DNA from: Balanoglossus misakiensis
Lineage: Eukaryota; Animalia; Hemichordata
Length of the DNA: 64,000 nt
Assembly: GCA_040954595.2 (NCBI GenBank)
Contig: CM082585.2
Location: 882,814 to 946,813, forward strand
Direction of reading: 5' to 3'
Shown here piece after piece: positions 1 through 11,100 of the stretch (positions are counted from its first letter, which is position 1; every line of letters starts with the position of its first letter). Position numbers and translations under genes: made by a program. The notes beneath the pieces are model-generated. The model saw nothing but the letters and a program-made list of their open reading frames with translations, had not been told where the DNA came from and ran no database searches.

Positions 1-286
1 GAGCATTTTGTGTAAGAGCAAACATGCTATTGAGACATTTTCAACATTGTAGTCAAGATGTGAAGAAAGTTTTATTTTTGGCATATTGTAGTAATATTTA
101 CTGTTGCAGTTTGTGGGCATCCTTTAAAGTTAAACCGATGAAAAAATTTAAAACTATGTACAATAATGTTTGCAGAAGATTTCTCGGTCTTCCGCCATTT
201 TGCTGTGCATCGGGTATGTTTGCTACAAACCATGTACATGTATTGTCACTTGGTGAAGTTTTTAGACGCAATATGTACAGTTTTAA
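1..286 (+). pseudogene. C-terminal part of a non-LTR retrotransposon (LINE) ORF2 downstream of the RT domain, 5' piece; begins before the window and is interrupted by a MITE
   Basis: The frame from nt 3 reads AFCVRANMLLRHFQHCSQDVKKVLFLAYCSNIYCCSLWASFKVKPMKKFKTMYNNVCRRFLGLPPFCCASGMFATNHV...RRNMYSFK. The RANMLLRxF...LFxAYC..Y...LW...YNN..R..LGLP...ASGMF pattern is one I recognise from animal LINE ORF2 C-termini. The clade is not assignable by eye. The tail of the track ORF 24..332 (MGPWDLF...) is read-through into the MITE. Confidence 0.85.
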
Positions 287-411
287 GATGGGTCCCTGGG
301 ATCTTTTTGCTCGTTGCTGTGGGCCTTTATAGGACATTACACCCCGATTTGGACTAAGCCGTTTTCAGAGTCTAACAAGGGGCTGGTAACTAGTTGAAAA
401 TCTGCACGATT
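287..411 (+). repeat. Left terminal inverted repeat of the MITE (125 bp)
   Basis: GATGGGTCCCTGGGATCTTTTTGCTCGTTGCT...AAAATCTGCACGATT is the reverse complement of 957-1081 with one mismatch (GCTGTGGG vs GCTATGGG). A weaker match extends inward to about 430/935. Confidence 0.97.
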
Positions 412-956
412 ATGTGCACACCCCCTGTCCGAGTATGTTTACGGCAGCTACCACCCGGCCATAGGCCGCCACGCTAATACGGCAAAGCAGCGGTCAGCGA
501 TAGCGTGCGCGTCCTGTAACCACAGTAACTGGATCGAACGCTAAAAATCCAATGTTTTGTACACAGAGATTTTGTACCGTTCACGAAAATCCCTAAGGCT
601 TTTTTCATAGGCCACGTACGCCAGTCAAATTTGACCTGCTTGTTGAGAACGCACTTCCGCACAGTGTGACGGATCGTTTTTTCGGTTTTCGTCGTGCTAA
701 GAAACGATACCGGTGGAAGAGTGCGTCCAAAAACACCCAAAATCGATGACTTTTTCAGGTGTGGTACGGGTATGCTGAAATCTTAGGATACAACGATAAT
801 ATTCGAAAACAAAATCCGTCACGATCTTCCCTGGTTCAAGCAACTAATGAATACGTATCAAGTTCGTTTTTGAGGTCACGGAATAAAAAGCCTTAGGCTT
901 TTGAAATTTGACCTAGCTAATTTTCATATCAATGGCGTCAGGGGGCGCGCGCTCAC

Positions 957-1081
957 AATCGTGCAGATTTTCAACTAGTTACCAGCCCCTTGTTAGACTC
1001 TGAAAACGGCTTAGTCCAAATCGGGGTGTAATGTCCTATAAAGGCCCATAGCAACGAGCAAAAAGATCCCAGGGACCCATC
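957..1081 (-). repeat. Right terminal inverted repeat of the MITE (125 bp)
   Basis: AATCGTGCAGATTTTCAACTAG...CCCAGGGACCCATC is followed directly by TTAA. Confidence 0.97.
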
Positions 1082-1085
1082 TTAA

Positions 1086-1197
1086 GCGTAGACTCGAAAA
1101 TTCTTCTAATGTTTTACTTGATGCGATCTGTTCATCAGATAGAGCGACTGACAGCATATTTTTCAAACATTGGCGAAAGCAATTGTATATCATGTAA
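1086..1197 (+). pseudogene. LINE ORF2 extreme C-terminus, 3' piece (in-frame continuation after the MITE)
   Basis: Joining 286 to 1086 gives ...MYSFK-RRLENSSNVLLDAICSSDRATDSIFFKHWRKQLYIM* with the stop TAA at 1195-1197 and no internal stop. The R(L)xxSxN...HW...LY ending fits this type of LINE ORF. Confidence 0.85.
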
Positions 1198-1309
1198 GTT
1201 TTTTTTTGTGTGTGTCTCAGTGTCAGATTATTATTATTGTTTTTTTTTCTTCTCTCTTTTGGGTATATGGACTTTTTTTAAAGTCTGAAATAAAGAATTG
1301 TTATTATTT
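1198..1309 (+). mobile_element. LINE 3' UTR and 3' terminus: T-rich UTR, small stem-loop, AATAAA and short (TTA)-type tail
   Basis: GACTTT (1270-1275) and AAAGTC (1280-1285) form a hairpin, AATAAA is at 1289-1294, then GAATTGTTATTATTT. This is a typical LINE end layout. The exact end is uncertain by a few bases. Confidence 0.65.
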
Positions 1310-1639
1310 GTTAGCTGTTGCCATTCAAATGTGTCTACGCAAACCCGGCTACACTGGCAGTGGGCTTTGACTCTAAGTCGCTAATGTTGTGGGAGGTTTC
1401 ATTAGCATTGTAGTCACATGTAGTGGATAGTAGTTTGGGAAATTGCCTGAAATACGTCAGCAGACCAGTGATTTTCTTGCACGAAGGGAGTTTGGTACCA
1501 GCAATAATCAGAGATCAGGCTTCGTTGCCGTTCAAAAGTTCCTACTTCAGTCGTGATGTTGCAACTGGACGTTCAGTATGGGGGTCGGCCCGCAGGTGGC
1601 CGTGTGGGTTATCAGGTCGCCCGTAACGGCACGCAGCTA

Positions 1640-2192
1640 CATGCAGCTGTATGGGACCAAAATAATACACCCGATTCGGGGGTCACCTGTGACACCTGCG
1701 TAACTCAATAATTATGTGCATGCGTAATTGTGGGGTCAATGAAAGGGGTGGTAGCGTGGTATTTGTTGCACATGGATCAATATGAAGTCCGATTTTCCCG
1801 TCAAGTTGTGGGCGACCTTATGTGACCTTTCACCTACTTTTGCTTAGTGAGCATCTACAGAAGATGCATGCAGCTTTGGCTTGGGGGGGGGGGGCATATA
1901 CGGATGGGACCATAATGATATACCAAAGGCGGGGTCACCTGTTGCACCTGCCTAAGTCATTGATTTTGTACATTTAATTGGACACTAACCAACAGGGCGA
2001 TAGGTGTGGTTTTTGTTCCACAGGGACGAATGTAAGTGTCAGTTGGTTTTTGCCCAAATGTATAAGGTGATTTTGATGACCTCTGTCATACAGTGCCATA
2101 TCTCATCCCGTTGTACAGGTGCAGCTTTGGTATTTGGAGGGATGAAACTATCATGAAATGCCAAATACAGGGGGATACCTTTGACACCTGCC
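1640..2192. repeat. Degenerate tandem repeat, ~250-bp period, about 2.2 copies; third copy truncated by the satellite
   Basis: Collinear motifs recur: TGCAGCT at 1642/1869/2120; ATGGGACC at 1651/1904; GGTCACCTGTGACACCTGC 1681, GGTCACCTGTTGCACCTGC 1933, GGATACCTTTGACACCTGC 2173; GYGTGGTWTTTGTTSCACAKGGA at 1754/2004; TGACCT at 1823/2077. Confidence 0.8.
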
Positions 2193-5100
2193 ATGATTTT
2201 TTTCAAAAATCGACGAAATTTTGAGATTTTGCAAAGTCGAAAATTTGTCATTTTTTGATGATTTTCACCCGTCTTTTTTCAAAAATCGACGAAATTTTGA
2301 GATTTTGCAAAAGAGGAAAATTTGTCATTTTTTGATGATTTTCAACAATTTTTTTAAAAAATCGACGAAAATTTGAGATTTTGCAGTAAAAAATTTGTAA
2401 TTTTTTGATGATTTTCACCAATGATTTTTTTCAAAATTGACGAAATTTTGAGATTTTGCAGTCGAAAATTTGTAATTTTTTGATGATTTTCCCCCATGAT
2501 TTTTTTCAAAAATCGACGAAATTTTGAGATTTTGCAAAGTCGAAAATTTGTCATTTTTTGATGATTTTCACCCATGATTTTCTTCAAAAATCGACGAAAT
2601 TTTGAGATTTTGCAAAGTCGAAAATTTGTCATTTTTTGATGATATTCACCCAATGTTTTTTTTTTCAAAAATGGACGAACCCATGATTTTTTTCAAAATC
2701 GACGAAATTTTGAGATTTTGCAAAGTCGAAAATTTGTCATTGTCATGATGATTTTCAACCATGATTTTTTTCAAAAATTGACGAAATTTTGAGATTTTGC
2801 AGTCAAAAATTTGTCATTTTTTGATGATTTTCACCCATGATTTTTTTTCACAAATCGGCGAAATTTTGAGATTTTGCAGTCGTAAATTTGTCATTTTTTA
2901 ATGATTTTCCTCCATGATTTTTTTTCAAAAATCGACGAAATTTTGAGATTTTGCAAAGTCTAAAATTTGTCATTTTTTGATGATTTTCACCCATGTCTTT
3001 TTTCAAAAATCGACGAAATTTTGAGATTTTGCAAAGAGGAAAATTTGTCATTTTTTGATGATTTTCAACAATGATTTTTTTTCAAAAATCGACGAAATTT
3101 TGAGATTTTGCAGTCAAAAATTTGTCATTTTTTGATGATTTTCAACAATTTTTTTAAAAAATCGACGAAAATTTGAGATTTTGCAGTAAAAAAATTGTCA
3201 TTTTTTGATGATTTTCACCCATGATTTTTTCAAAATTGGCAAAATTTTGAGATTTTGCAAAGTCGAAAATTTGTCATTTTTTGATGATTTTCACCCATGA
3301 TTTTTTTTCACAAATCGACGAAATTTTGAGATTTTGTAGTCGTTAATTTGTCATTTTTTGATGATTTTCCCCCATGATTTTTTTCAAAAATCAACGAAAT
3401 TTTGAGATTTTGCAAAGTCGAAAATTTGTCATTTTTAGATGATTTTCACCCGTCTTTTTTCAAAAAATCGACGAAATTTTGAGATTTTGCAAAGAGGAAA
3501 ATTTGTCATTTTTTGATAATTTTCAACAATGATTTATTTCAAAAATCGACGAAATTTTGAGATTTTGCAGTCGAAAATTTGTCATTTTTTGATGATTTTC
3601 CCCCATGATTTTTTTCAAAAATCGACGAAATTTTGAGATTTTGCAAAGTTTAAAATTTTTCAAAAATCGACGAAATTTATAGATTTTGCAAAGAGGAAAA
3701 TTTGTCATTTTTTGATGATTTTCACCCATGATTTTTTTCAAAATCGACGAAATTTTGAGATTTTGCAGTCGAAAATTTGTCATTTTTTGATGATTTTCAC
3801 CCATGATTTTTTCAAAATTGACGAAATTTTGAGATTTTGCAGTCGAAAATTTGTCATTTTTTGATCATTTTCCCCCATGATTTTTTTCAAAAATCGACGA
3901 AATTTTGAGATTTTGCAAAGTCGAAAATTTGTCATTTTTTGATGATTTTCACCCATGTCTTTTTTCAAAAATCGACGAAATTTTGAGATTTTGCAAAGAG
4001 GAAAATTTGTCATTTTTTGATGATTTTCAACAATGATATTTTTTCAAAAATCGACGAAATTTTGAGATTTTGCAGTCAAAAATTTGTCATTTTTTGATGA
4101 TTTTCAACTATTTTTTTAAAAAATCGACGAAAATTTGAGATTTTGCAGTAAAAAATTTGTCATTTTTTGATGATTTTCACCCATGATTTTTTCAAAATTG
4201 GCAAAATTTTGAGATTTTGCAAAGTCGAAAATTTGTCATTTTTTGATGATTTTCACCCATGATTTTTTTTCACAAATCGACGAAATTTTGAGATTTTGTA
4301 GTCGTAAATTTGTCATTTTTTGATGATTTTCCCCCATGATTTTTTTCAAAAATCAACGAAATTTTGAGATTTTGCAAAGTCGAAAATTTGTCATTTTTAG
4401 ATGATTTTCACCCGTCTTTTTTCAAAAAATCGACGAAATTTTGTGATTGTGTAAAGAGGAAAATTTGTCATTTTTTGATAATTTTCAACAATGATTTATT
4501 TCAAAAATCGACGAACTTTTGAGATTTTGCAGTCGAAAATTTGTCATTTTTTGATGATTTTCCCCCATGATTTTTTTCAAAAATCGACGAAATTTTGAGA
4601 TTTTGCAAAGTTGAAAACTTTTCAAAAATCGACGAAATTTATAGATTTTGCAAAGAGGAAAATTTGTCATTTTTTGATGATTTTCTCCCATGATTTTTTT
4701 CAAAATTGACGAAATTTTGAGTTTTTGCAGTCGAAAATTTGTCATTTTTTGATGATTTTCACCCGTTTTTTTTTCAAAAATCGACGAAATTTTGAGATTT
4801 TGCAGTCGAAAATTTGTCATTTTTTGATGATTTTCCCCCTTGATTTTCTTCAAAAATCGACGAAATTTTGAGATTTTGCAAAGTCGAAAATTTGTCATTT
4901 TTTGATGATTTTCACCCATGATTTTCTTCAAAAATCGACGAAATTTTGAGATTTTGCAAAGTCGAAAATTTGTCATTTTTTGATGATTTTCACCCATGAT
5001 TTTTTTCAAAAATCGACGAAATTTTGAGATTTTGCAAAGTCGAAAATTTGTCATTTTTTGATGATTTTCACCCATGATTTTTTTCAAAATTGACGAAATT

Positions 5101-8100
5101 TTGAGATTGTGCAAAGTCAAAAATTTGTCATTTTTTGATGATTTTCACCCATGATTTTTTTTCACAAATCGACGAAATTTTGAGATTTTGTAGTCGTAAA
5201 TTTGTCATTTTTGATGATTTTCCCCCATGATTTTTTTCAAAAATCAACGAAATTTTGAGATTTTGCAAAGTCGAAAATTTGTCATTTTTAGATGATTTTC
5301 ACCCGTCTTTTTTCAAAAAATCGACGAAATTTTGAGATTTTGCAAAAAGGAAAATTTGTCAATTTTTGATAATTTTCAACAATGATTTATTTCAAAAATC
5401 GACGAAATTTTGAGATTTTGCAGTCGAAAATTTGTCATTTTTTGATGATTTTCCCCCATGATTTTTTTCAAAAATCGACGAAATTTTGAGATTTTGCAAA
5501 GTTGAAAATTTTTCAAAAATCGACGAAATTTATAGATTTTGCAAAGAGGAAAATTTGTCATTTTTTGATGATTTTCACCCATGATTTTTTTCAAAATAGA
5601 TGAAATTTTGAGTTTTTGCAGTCGAAAATTTGTCATAAATTGATGATTTTCACCCATGTTTTTTTTTTTAAATGGACGAAATTTTGAGATTTTGCAAACG
5701 AAAATTTGTCATTTTTTGATGATTTTCCCCCTTGATTTTCTTCAAAAATCGACGAAATTTTGAGATTTTGCAAAGTCGAAAATTTGTCATTTTTTGATGA
5801 TTTTCACCCATGATTTTCTTCAAAAATCGACGAAATTTTGAGATTTTGCAAAGTCGAAAATTTGTCATTTTTTGATGATTTTCACCCATGATTTTTTTCA
5901 AAAATCGACGAAATTTTGAGATTTTGCAAAGTCGAAAATTTGTCATTTTTTGATGATTTTCACCCATGATTTTTTTCAAAATTGACGAAATTTTGAGATT
6001 GTGCAAAGTCAAAAATTTGTCATTTTTTGATGATTTTCACCCATGATTTTTTTTCACAAATCGACGAAATTTTGAGATTTTGTAGTCGTAAATTTGTCAT
6101 TTTTGATGATTTTCCCCCATGATTTTTTTCAAAAATCAACGAAATTTTGAGATTTTGCAAAGTCGAAAATTTGTCATTTTTAGATGATTTTCACCCGTCT
6201 TTTTTCAAAAAATCGACGAAATTTTGAGATTTTGCAAAAAGGAAAATTTGTCAATTTTTGATAATTTTCAACAATGATTTATTTCAAAAATCGACGAAAT
6301 TTTGAGATTTTGCAGTCGAAAATTTGTCATTTTTTGATGATTTTCCCCCATGATTTTTTTCAAAAATCGACGAAATTTTGAGATTTTGCAAAGTTGAAAA
6401 TTTTTCAAAAATCGACGAAATTTATAGATTTTGCAAAGAGGAAAATTTGTCATTTTTTGATGATTTTCACCCATGATTTTTTTCAAAATAGATGAAATTT
6501 TGAGTTTTTGCAGTCGAAAATTTGTCATAAATTGATGATTTTCACCCATGATTTTTTCAAAATTGACGAAATTTTGAAATTTTGCAGTCGAAAATTTGTC
6601 ATTTTTTGATCATTTTCCCCCATGATTTTTTTCAAAAATCGACGAAAATTTGAGATTTTGCAAAGTCGAAAATTTGTCATTTTTTGATGATTTTCACCCA
6701 TGATTTTTTTCAAAATTGACGAAATTGTGAGATTTTGCAAAGTCAAAAATTTGTCATTTTTTGATGATTTTCAACAATTTTTTTTAAAAAATCGACGAAA
6801 ATTTGAGATTTTTCAGTCAAAAATTTGTCATTTTTTGATGATTTTCTCCCATGATTTTTTCAAAAATCGACGAAATTTTGAGATTTTGCAGTAAAAAAAT
6901 TGTCATTTTTTTATGATTTTCACCCATGATTTTTTTCAAAATTGACGAAATTTTGAGATTTTGCAGTCGAAAATTTGTCATTTTTTGATCATTTTCCCCC
7001 ATGATTTTTTTCAAAAATCGACGAAATTTTCAGATTTTGCAGTCGAAAATTTGTCATTTTTTCATGATTTTCAGCCATGATTTTTTCAAAAATCGACGAA
7101 ATTTTGAGATTTTGCAGTAAAAAAATTGTCATTTTTTGATGATTTTCACCCATGATTTTTTTCAAAATTGACGAAATTTTGAGATTTTGCAGTCGAAAAT
7201 TTGTCATTTTTTGATCATTTTCCCCCATGATTTTTTTCAAAAATCGACGAAATTTTCAGATTTTGCAGTCGAAAATTTGTCATTTTTTCATGATTTTCAC
7301 CCATGATTTTTTCAAAAATCGACGAAATTTTGAGATTTTACAGTCGAAAATTTGTAATTTTTTGATGATTTTCCCCCATGATTTTTTTCAAAAATCGACG
7401 AAATTTTGAGATTTTGCAAAGTCGAAAATTTGTCATTTTTTGATGATTTTCACCCATGATTTTCTTCAAAAATCGACGAAATTTTGAGATTTTGCAAAGT
7501 CGAAAATTTGTCATTTTTTGATGATTTTCACCCATGATTTTTTTCAAAAATCGACGAAATTTTGAGATTTTGCAAAGTCGAAAATGTGTCATTTTTTGAT
7601 GATTTTCACCCATGTTTTTTTTTTTAAAATCGACGAACCTATGATTTTTTTCAAAATCGACGAAATTTTGTGATTTTGCAAAGTCGAAAATTTTGTCATT
7701 TTTTGATGATTTTCAACCATGATTTTTTTTCAAAAATCGACGAAATTTTGAGATTTTGCAAAATCGAAAATTTGTCATTTTTTGATGATTTTCCCCCAAT
7801 GGTTTTTTTCAAAATCGACGAAATTTTGAGATTTTGCAAAGTCGAAAATTTGTCATTTTTTGATGATTATCCCCCATGATTTTTTTTCAAAAATGGACGA
7901 AATTTTGAGATTTTGCAAAGACGAAAATTTGTCATTTTTTGATGATTTTCACCCATGATTTTTTTTCAAAAATCGACGAAATTTTGAGATTTTGCAAAGT
8001 CGAAAATGTGTCATTTTTTGATGATTTTCACCCGTTTTTTTTTCAAAATTTGTCATTTTTTGATGATTTTCACCCATGATTTTTTTTCAAAAATCGACGA

Positions 8101-11100
8101 AATTTTGAGATTTTGCAAAGTCGAAAATGTGTCATTTTTTGATGATTTTCACCCATGATTTTTTTTCAAAAATCGACGAAATTTTGAGATTTTGCAGTCG
8201 AAAATTTGTCATTTTTTGATGATTTTCCCCCATGATTTTTTTCAAAAATCGACGAAATTTTGAGATTTTGCAAAGTCGAAAATTTGTCATTTTTTGATGA
8301 TTTTCACCCATGATTTTCTTCAAAAATCGACGAAATTTTGAGATTTTGCAAAGTCGAAAATTTGTCATTTTTTGATGATTTTCACCCATGATTTTTTTCA
8401 AAAATCGACGAAATTTTGAGATTTTGCAAAGTCGAAAATTTGTCATTTTTTGATGGTTTTCACCCATGATTTTTTTCAAAAATCGACGAAATTTTGAGAT
8501 TTTGCAAAGTCGAAAATGTGTCATTTTTTGATGATTTTCACCCATGTTTTTTTTTTTAAAATCGACGAACCTATGATTTTTTTCAAAATCGACGAAATTT
8601 TGTGATTTTGCAAAGTCGAAAATTTTGTCATTTTTTGATGATTTTCAACCATGATTTTTTTTCAAAAATCGACGAAATTTTGAGATTTTGCAAAATCGAA
8701 AATTTGTCATTTTTTGATGATTTTCCCCCAATGGTTTTTTTCAAAATCGACGAAATTTTGAGATTTTGCAAAGTCGAAAATTTGTCATTTTTTGATGATT
8801 TTCCCCCATGATTTTTTTTCAAAAATGGACGAAATTTTGAGATTTTGCAAAGACGAAAATTTGTCATTTTTTGATGATTTTCACCCATGATTTTTTTTCA
8901 AAAATCGACGAAATTTTGAGATTTTGCAAAGTCGAAAATGTGTCATTTTTTGATGATTTTCACCCGTTTTTTGTCAAAATTTGTCATTTTTTGATGATTT
9001 TCACCCATGATTTTTTTTCAAAAATCGACGAAATTTTGAGATTTTGCAAAGTCGAAAATTTGTCATTTTTTGATTATTTTCACCCATGATTTTTTCAAAA
9101 ATTGACGAAATGTTGAGATTTTGCAAAGTCGAAAATTTTGTCATTTTTTGATGATTTTCAACCATGATTTTTTTCAAAAATCGACTAAATGTTGAGATTT
9201 TGCAAAGTCGAAAATGTGTCATTTTTTGATGATTTTCACCCGTTTTTTTTTCAAAATTTGTCATTTTTTCATGATTTTCACCCATGATTTTTTTCAAAAA
9301 TCGACGAAATTTTGTGATTTTGCAAAGTCGAAAATTTTGTCATTTTTTGATGATTTTCAACCATGATTTTTTTTCAAAAATCGACGAAATTTTGTGATTT
9401 TACAAAGTCGAAAATTTTGTCATTTTTGGATGATTTTCAACCATGATTTTTTTTCAAAAATGGACGAAATTTTGAGATTTTGCAAAGACGAAAATTTGTC
9501 ATTTTTTGATGATTTTCACCCATGATTTTTTTTCAAAAATCGACGAAATTTTGAGATTTTGCAAAGTCGTAAATGTGTCATTTTTTGATGATTTTCACCA
9601 GTTTTTTTTTTCAAAATTTTTAATTTTTTGATGATTTTCCCCCATGATTTTTTTCAAAAATCGACGAAAATTTGAGATTTTGCAAAGACGAAAATTTGTC
9701 ATTTTTGATGATTTTTACCCATGATTTTTTTTAAAAAATGGACGAAATTTTGAGATTTTGCAAAGTCGAAAATTTGTCATTTTTTGATGATTTTCCCCCA
9801 TGTTTTTTTTTTTAAATGGACGAAATTTTGAGATTTTGCAAAGACGAAAATTTGTTATTTTTTGATGATTTTCACCCATGATTTTTTCAAAAATTGACGA
9901 AATTTTGAGATTTTGCAAAGTCGAAAATTTGTCATTTTTTGATGATTTTCACACATGATTTTTTTCAAAAATCGACGAAATTGTGAGATTTTGCAAAGAC
10001 GAAAATTTGTCATTTTTTGATGATTTTTACCCATGATTTTTTTTCAAAAATGGACGAAATTTTGAGGTTTTGCAAAGTCAACAATTTGTCATTTTTTGAT
10101 GATTTTCACACATGATTTTTTTCAAAAATCGACGAAATTGTGAGATTTTGCAAAGACGAAAATTTGTCATTTTTTGATGATTTTTACCCATGATTTTTTT
10201 TCAAAAATGGACGAAATTTTGAGGTTTTGCAAAGTCGAAAATTTGTTATTTTTTGATGATTTTCACCCATGTCTTTTTTTAAAAATCGACGAAATTTTGA
10301 GATTTTGCAAAGAGGAAAATTTGTCATTTTTTCATGATTTTCCCCCATGATTTTTTTCAAAAATCGACGAAATTTTGAGATTTTGCAAAGTCGACGAAAA
10401 TTTGTCATTTTTTGATCATTTTCCCCCATGATTTTTTTCAAAAATCGACGAAATTTTCAGATTTTGCAGTCGAAAATTTGTCATTTTTTCATGATTTTCA
10501 CCCATGATTTTTTCAAAAATCGACGAAATTTTGAGATTTTGCAGTCGAAAATTTGTAATTTTTTGATGATTTTCCCCCATGATTTTTTTCAAAAATCGAC
10601 GAAATTTTGAGATTTTGCAAAGTCGAAAATTTGTCATTTTTTGATGATTTTCACCCATGATTTTCTTCAAAAATCGACGAAATTTTGAGATTTTGCAAAG
10701 TCGAAAATTTGTCATTTTTTGATGGTTTTCACCCATGATTTTTTTTCAAAAATCGACGAAATTTTGAGATTTTGCAAGGTCGAAAATGTGTCATTTTTTG
10801 ATGATTTTCACCCGTTTTTTTTTCAAAATTTGTCATTTTTTCATGATTTTCACCCATGATTTTTTTCAAAAATCGACGAAATTTTGAGATTTTGCAAAAT
10901 CGAAAATTTGTCATTTTTTGATGATTTTCACCCATGTTTTTTTTTTTAAAATCGACGAACCTATGATTTTTTTCAAAATCGACGAAATTTTGTGATTTTG
11001 CAAAGTCGAAAATTTGTCATTTTTTGATGATTTTCACACATGATTTTTTTCAAAAATCGACGAAATTGTGAGATTTTGCAAAGACGAAAATTTGTCATTT

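Larger units (their letters stand above)
287..1081. mobile_element. Non-autonomous TIR DNA transposon (MITE, 795 bp) with TTAA target-site duplication; Kolobok-like termini
   Basis: TIRs at 287-411 and 957-1081 match at 124 of 125 positions. TTAA lies on both sides (283-286 and 1082-1085). The termini are GA...TC (RR...YY, as in Kolobok; piggyBac ends are typically CC...GG). No transposase ORF is present inside. Confidence 0.9.

Noticed and set aside
287-1081. piggyBac assignment for the TTAA-flanked element
   Set aside because: The termini are GA...TC rather than the CC...GG typical of piggyBac, so Kolobok-like is preferred.
98-1370. Track ORFs 98..337, 166..357, 474..740, 1011..1193 and 1170..1370
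   Set aside because: They are alternative frames of the LINE or MITE. The shared peptide LRWVPGIFLLVA.GLYRTLHPDLD in two of them simply reflects the two TIRs. No transposase motif is recognisable in 474..740.
1310-1640. ORF 1423..1626 and small hairpins (GCTAATG 1380-1386 / CATTAGC 1400-1406; GC-rich stem ~1599-1630) as a gene or ncRNA
   Set aside because: The ORF is short with a non-ATG start and no recognisable motif. The stems are short enough to arise by chance, and no tRNA or SINE A/B-box pattern was convincing.
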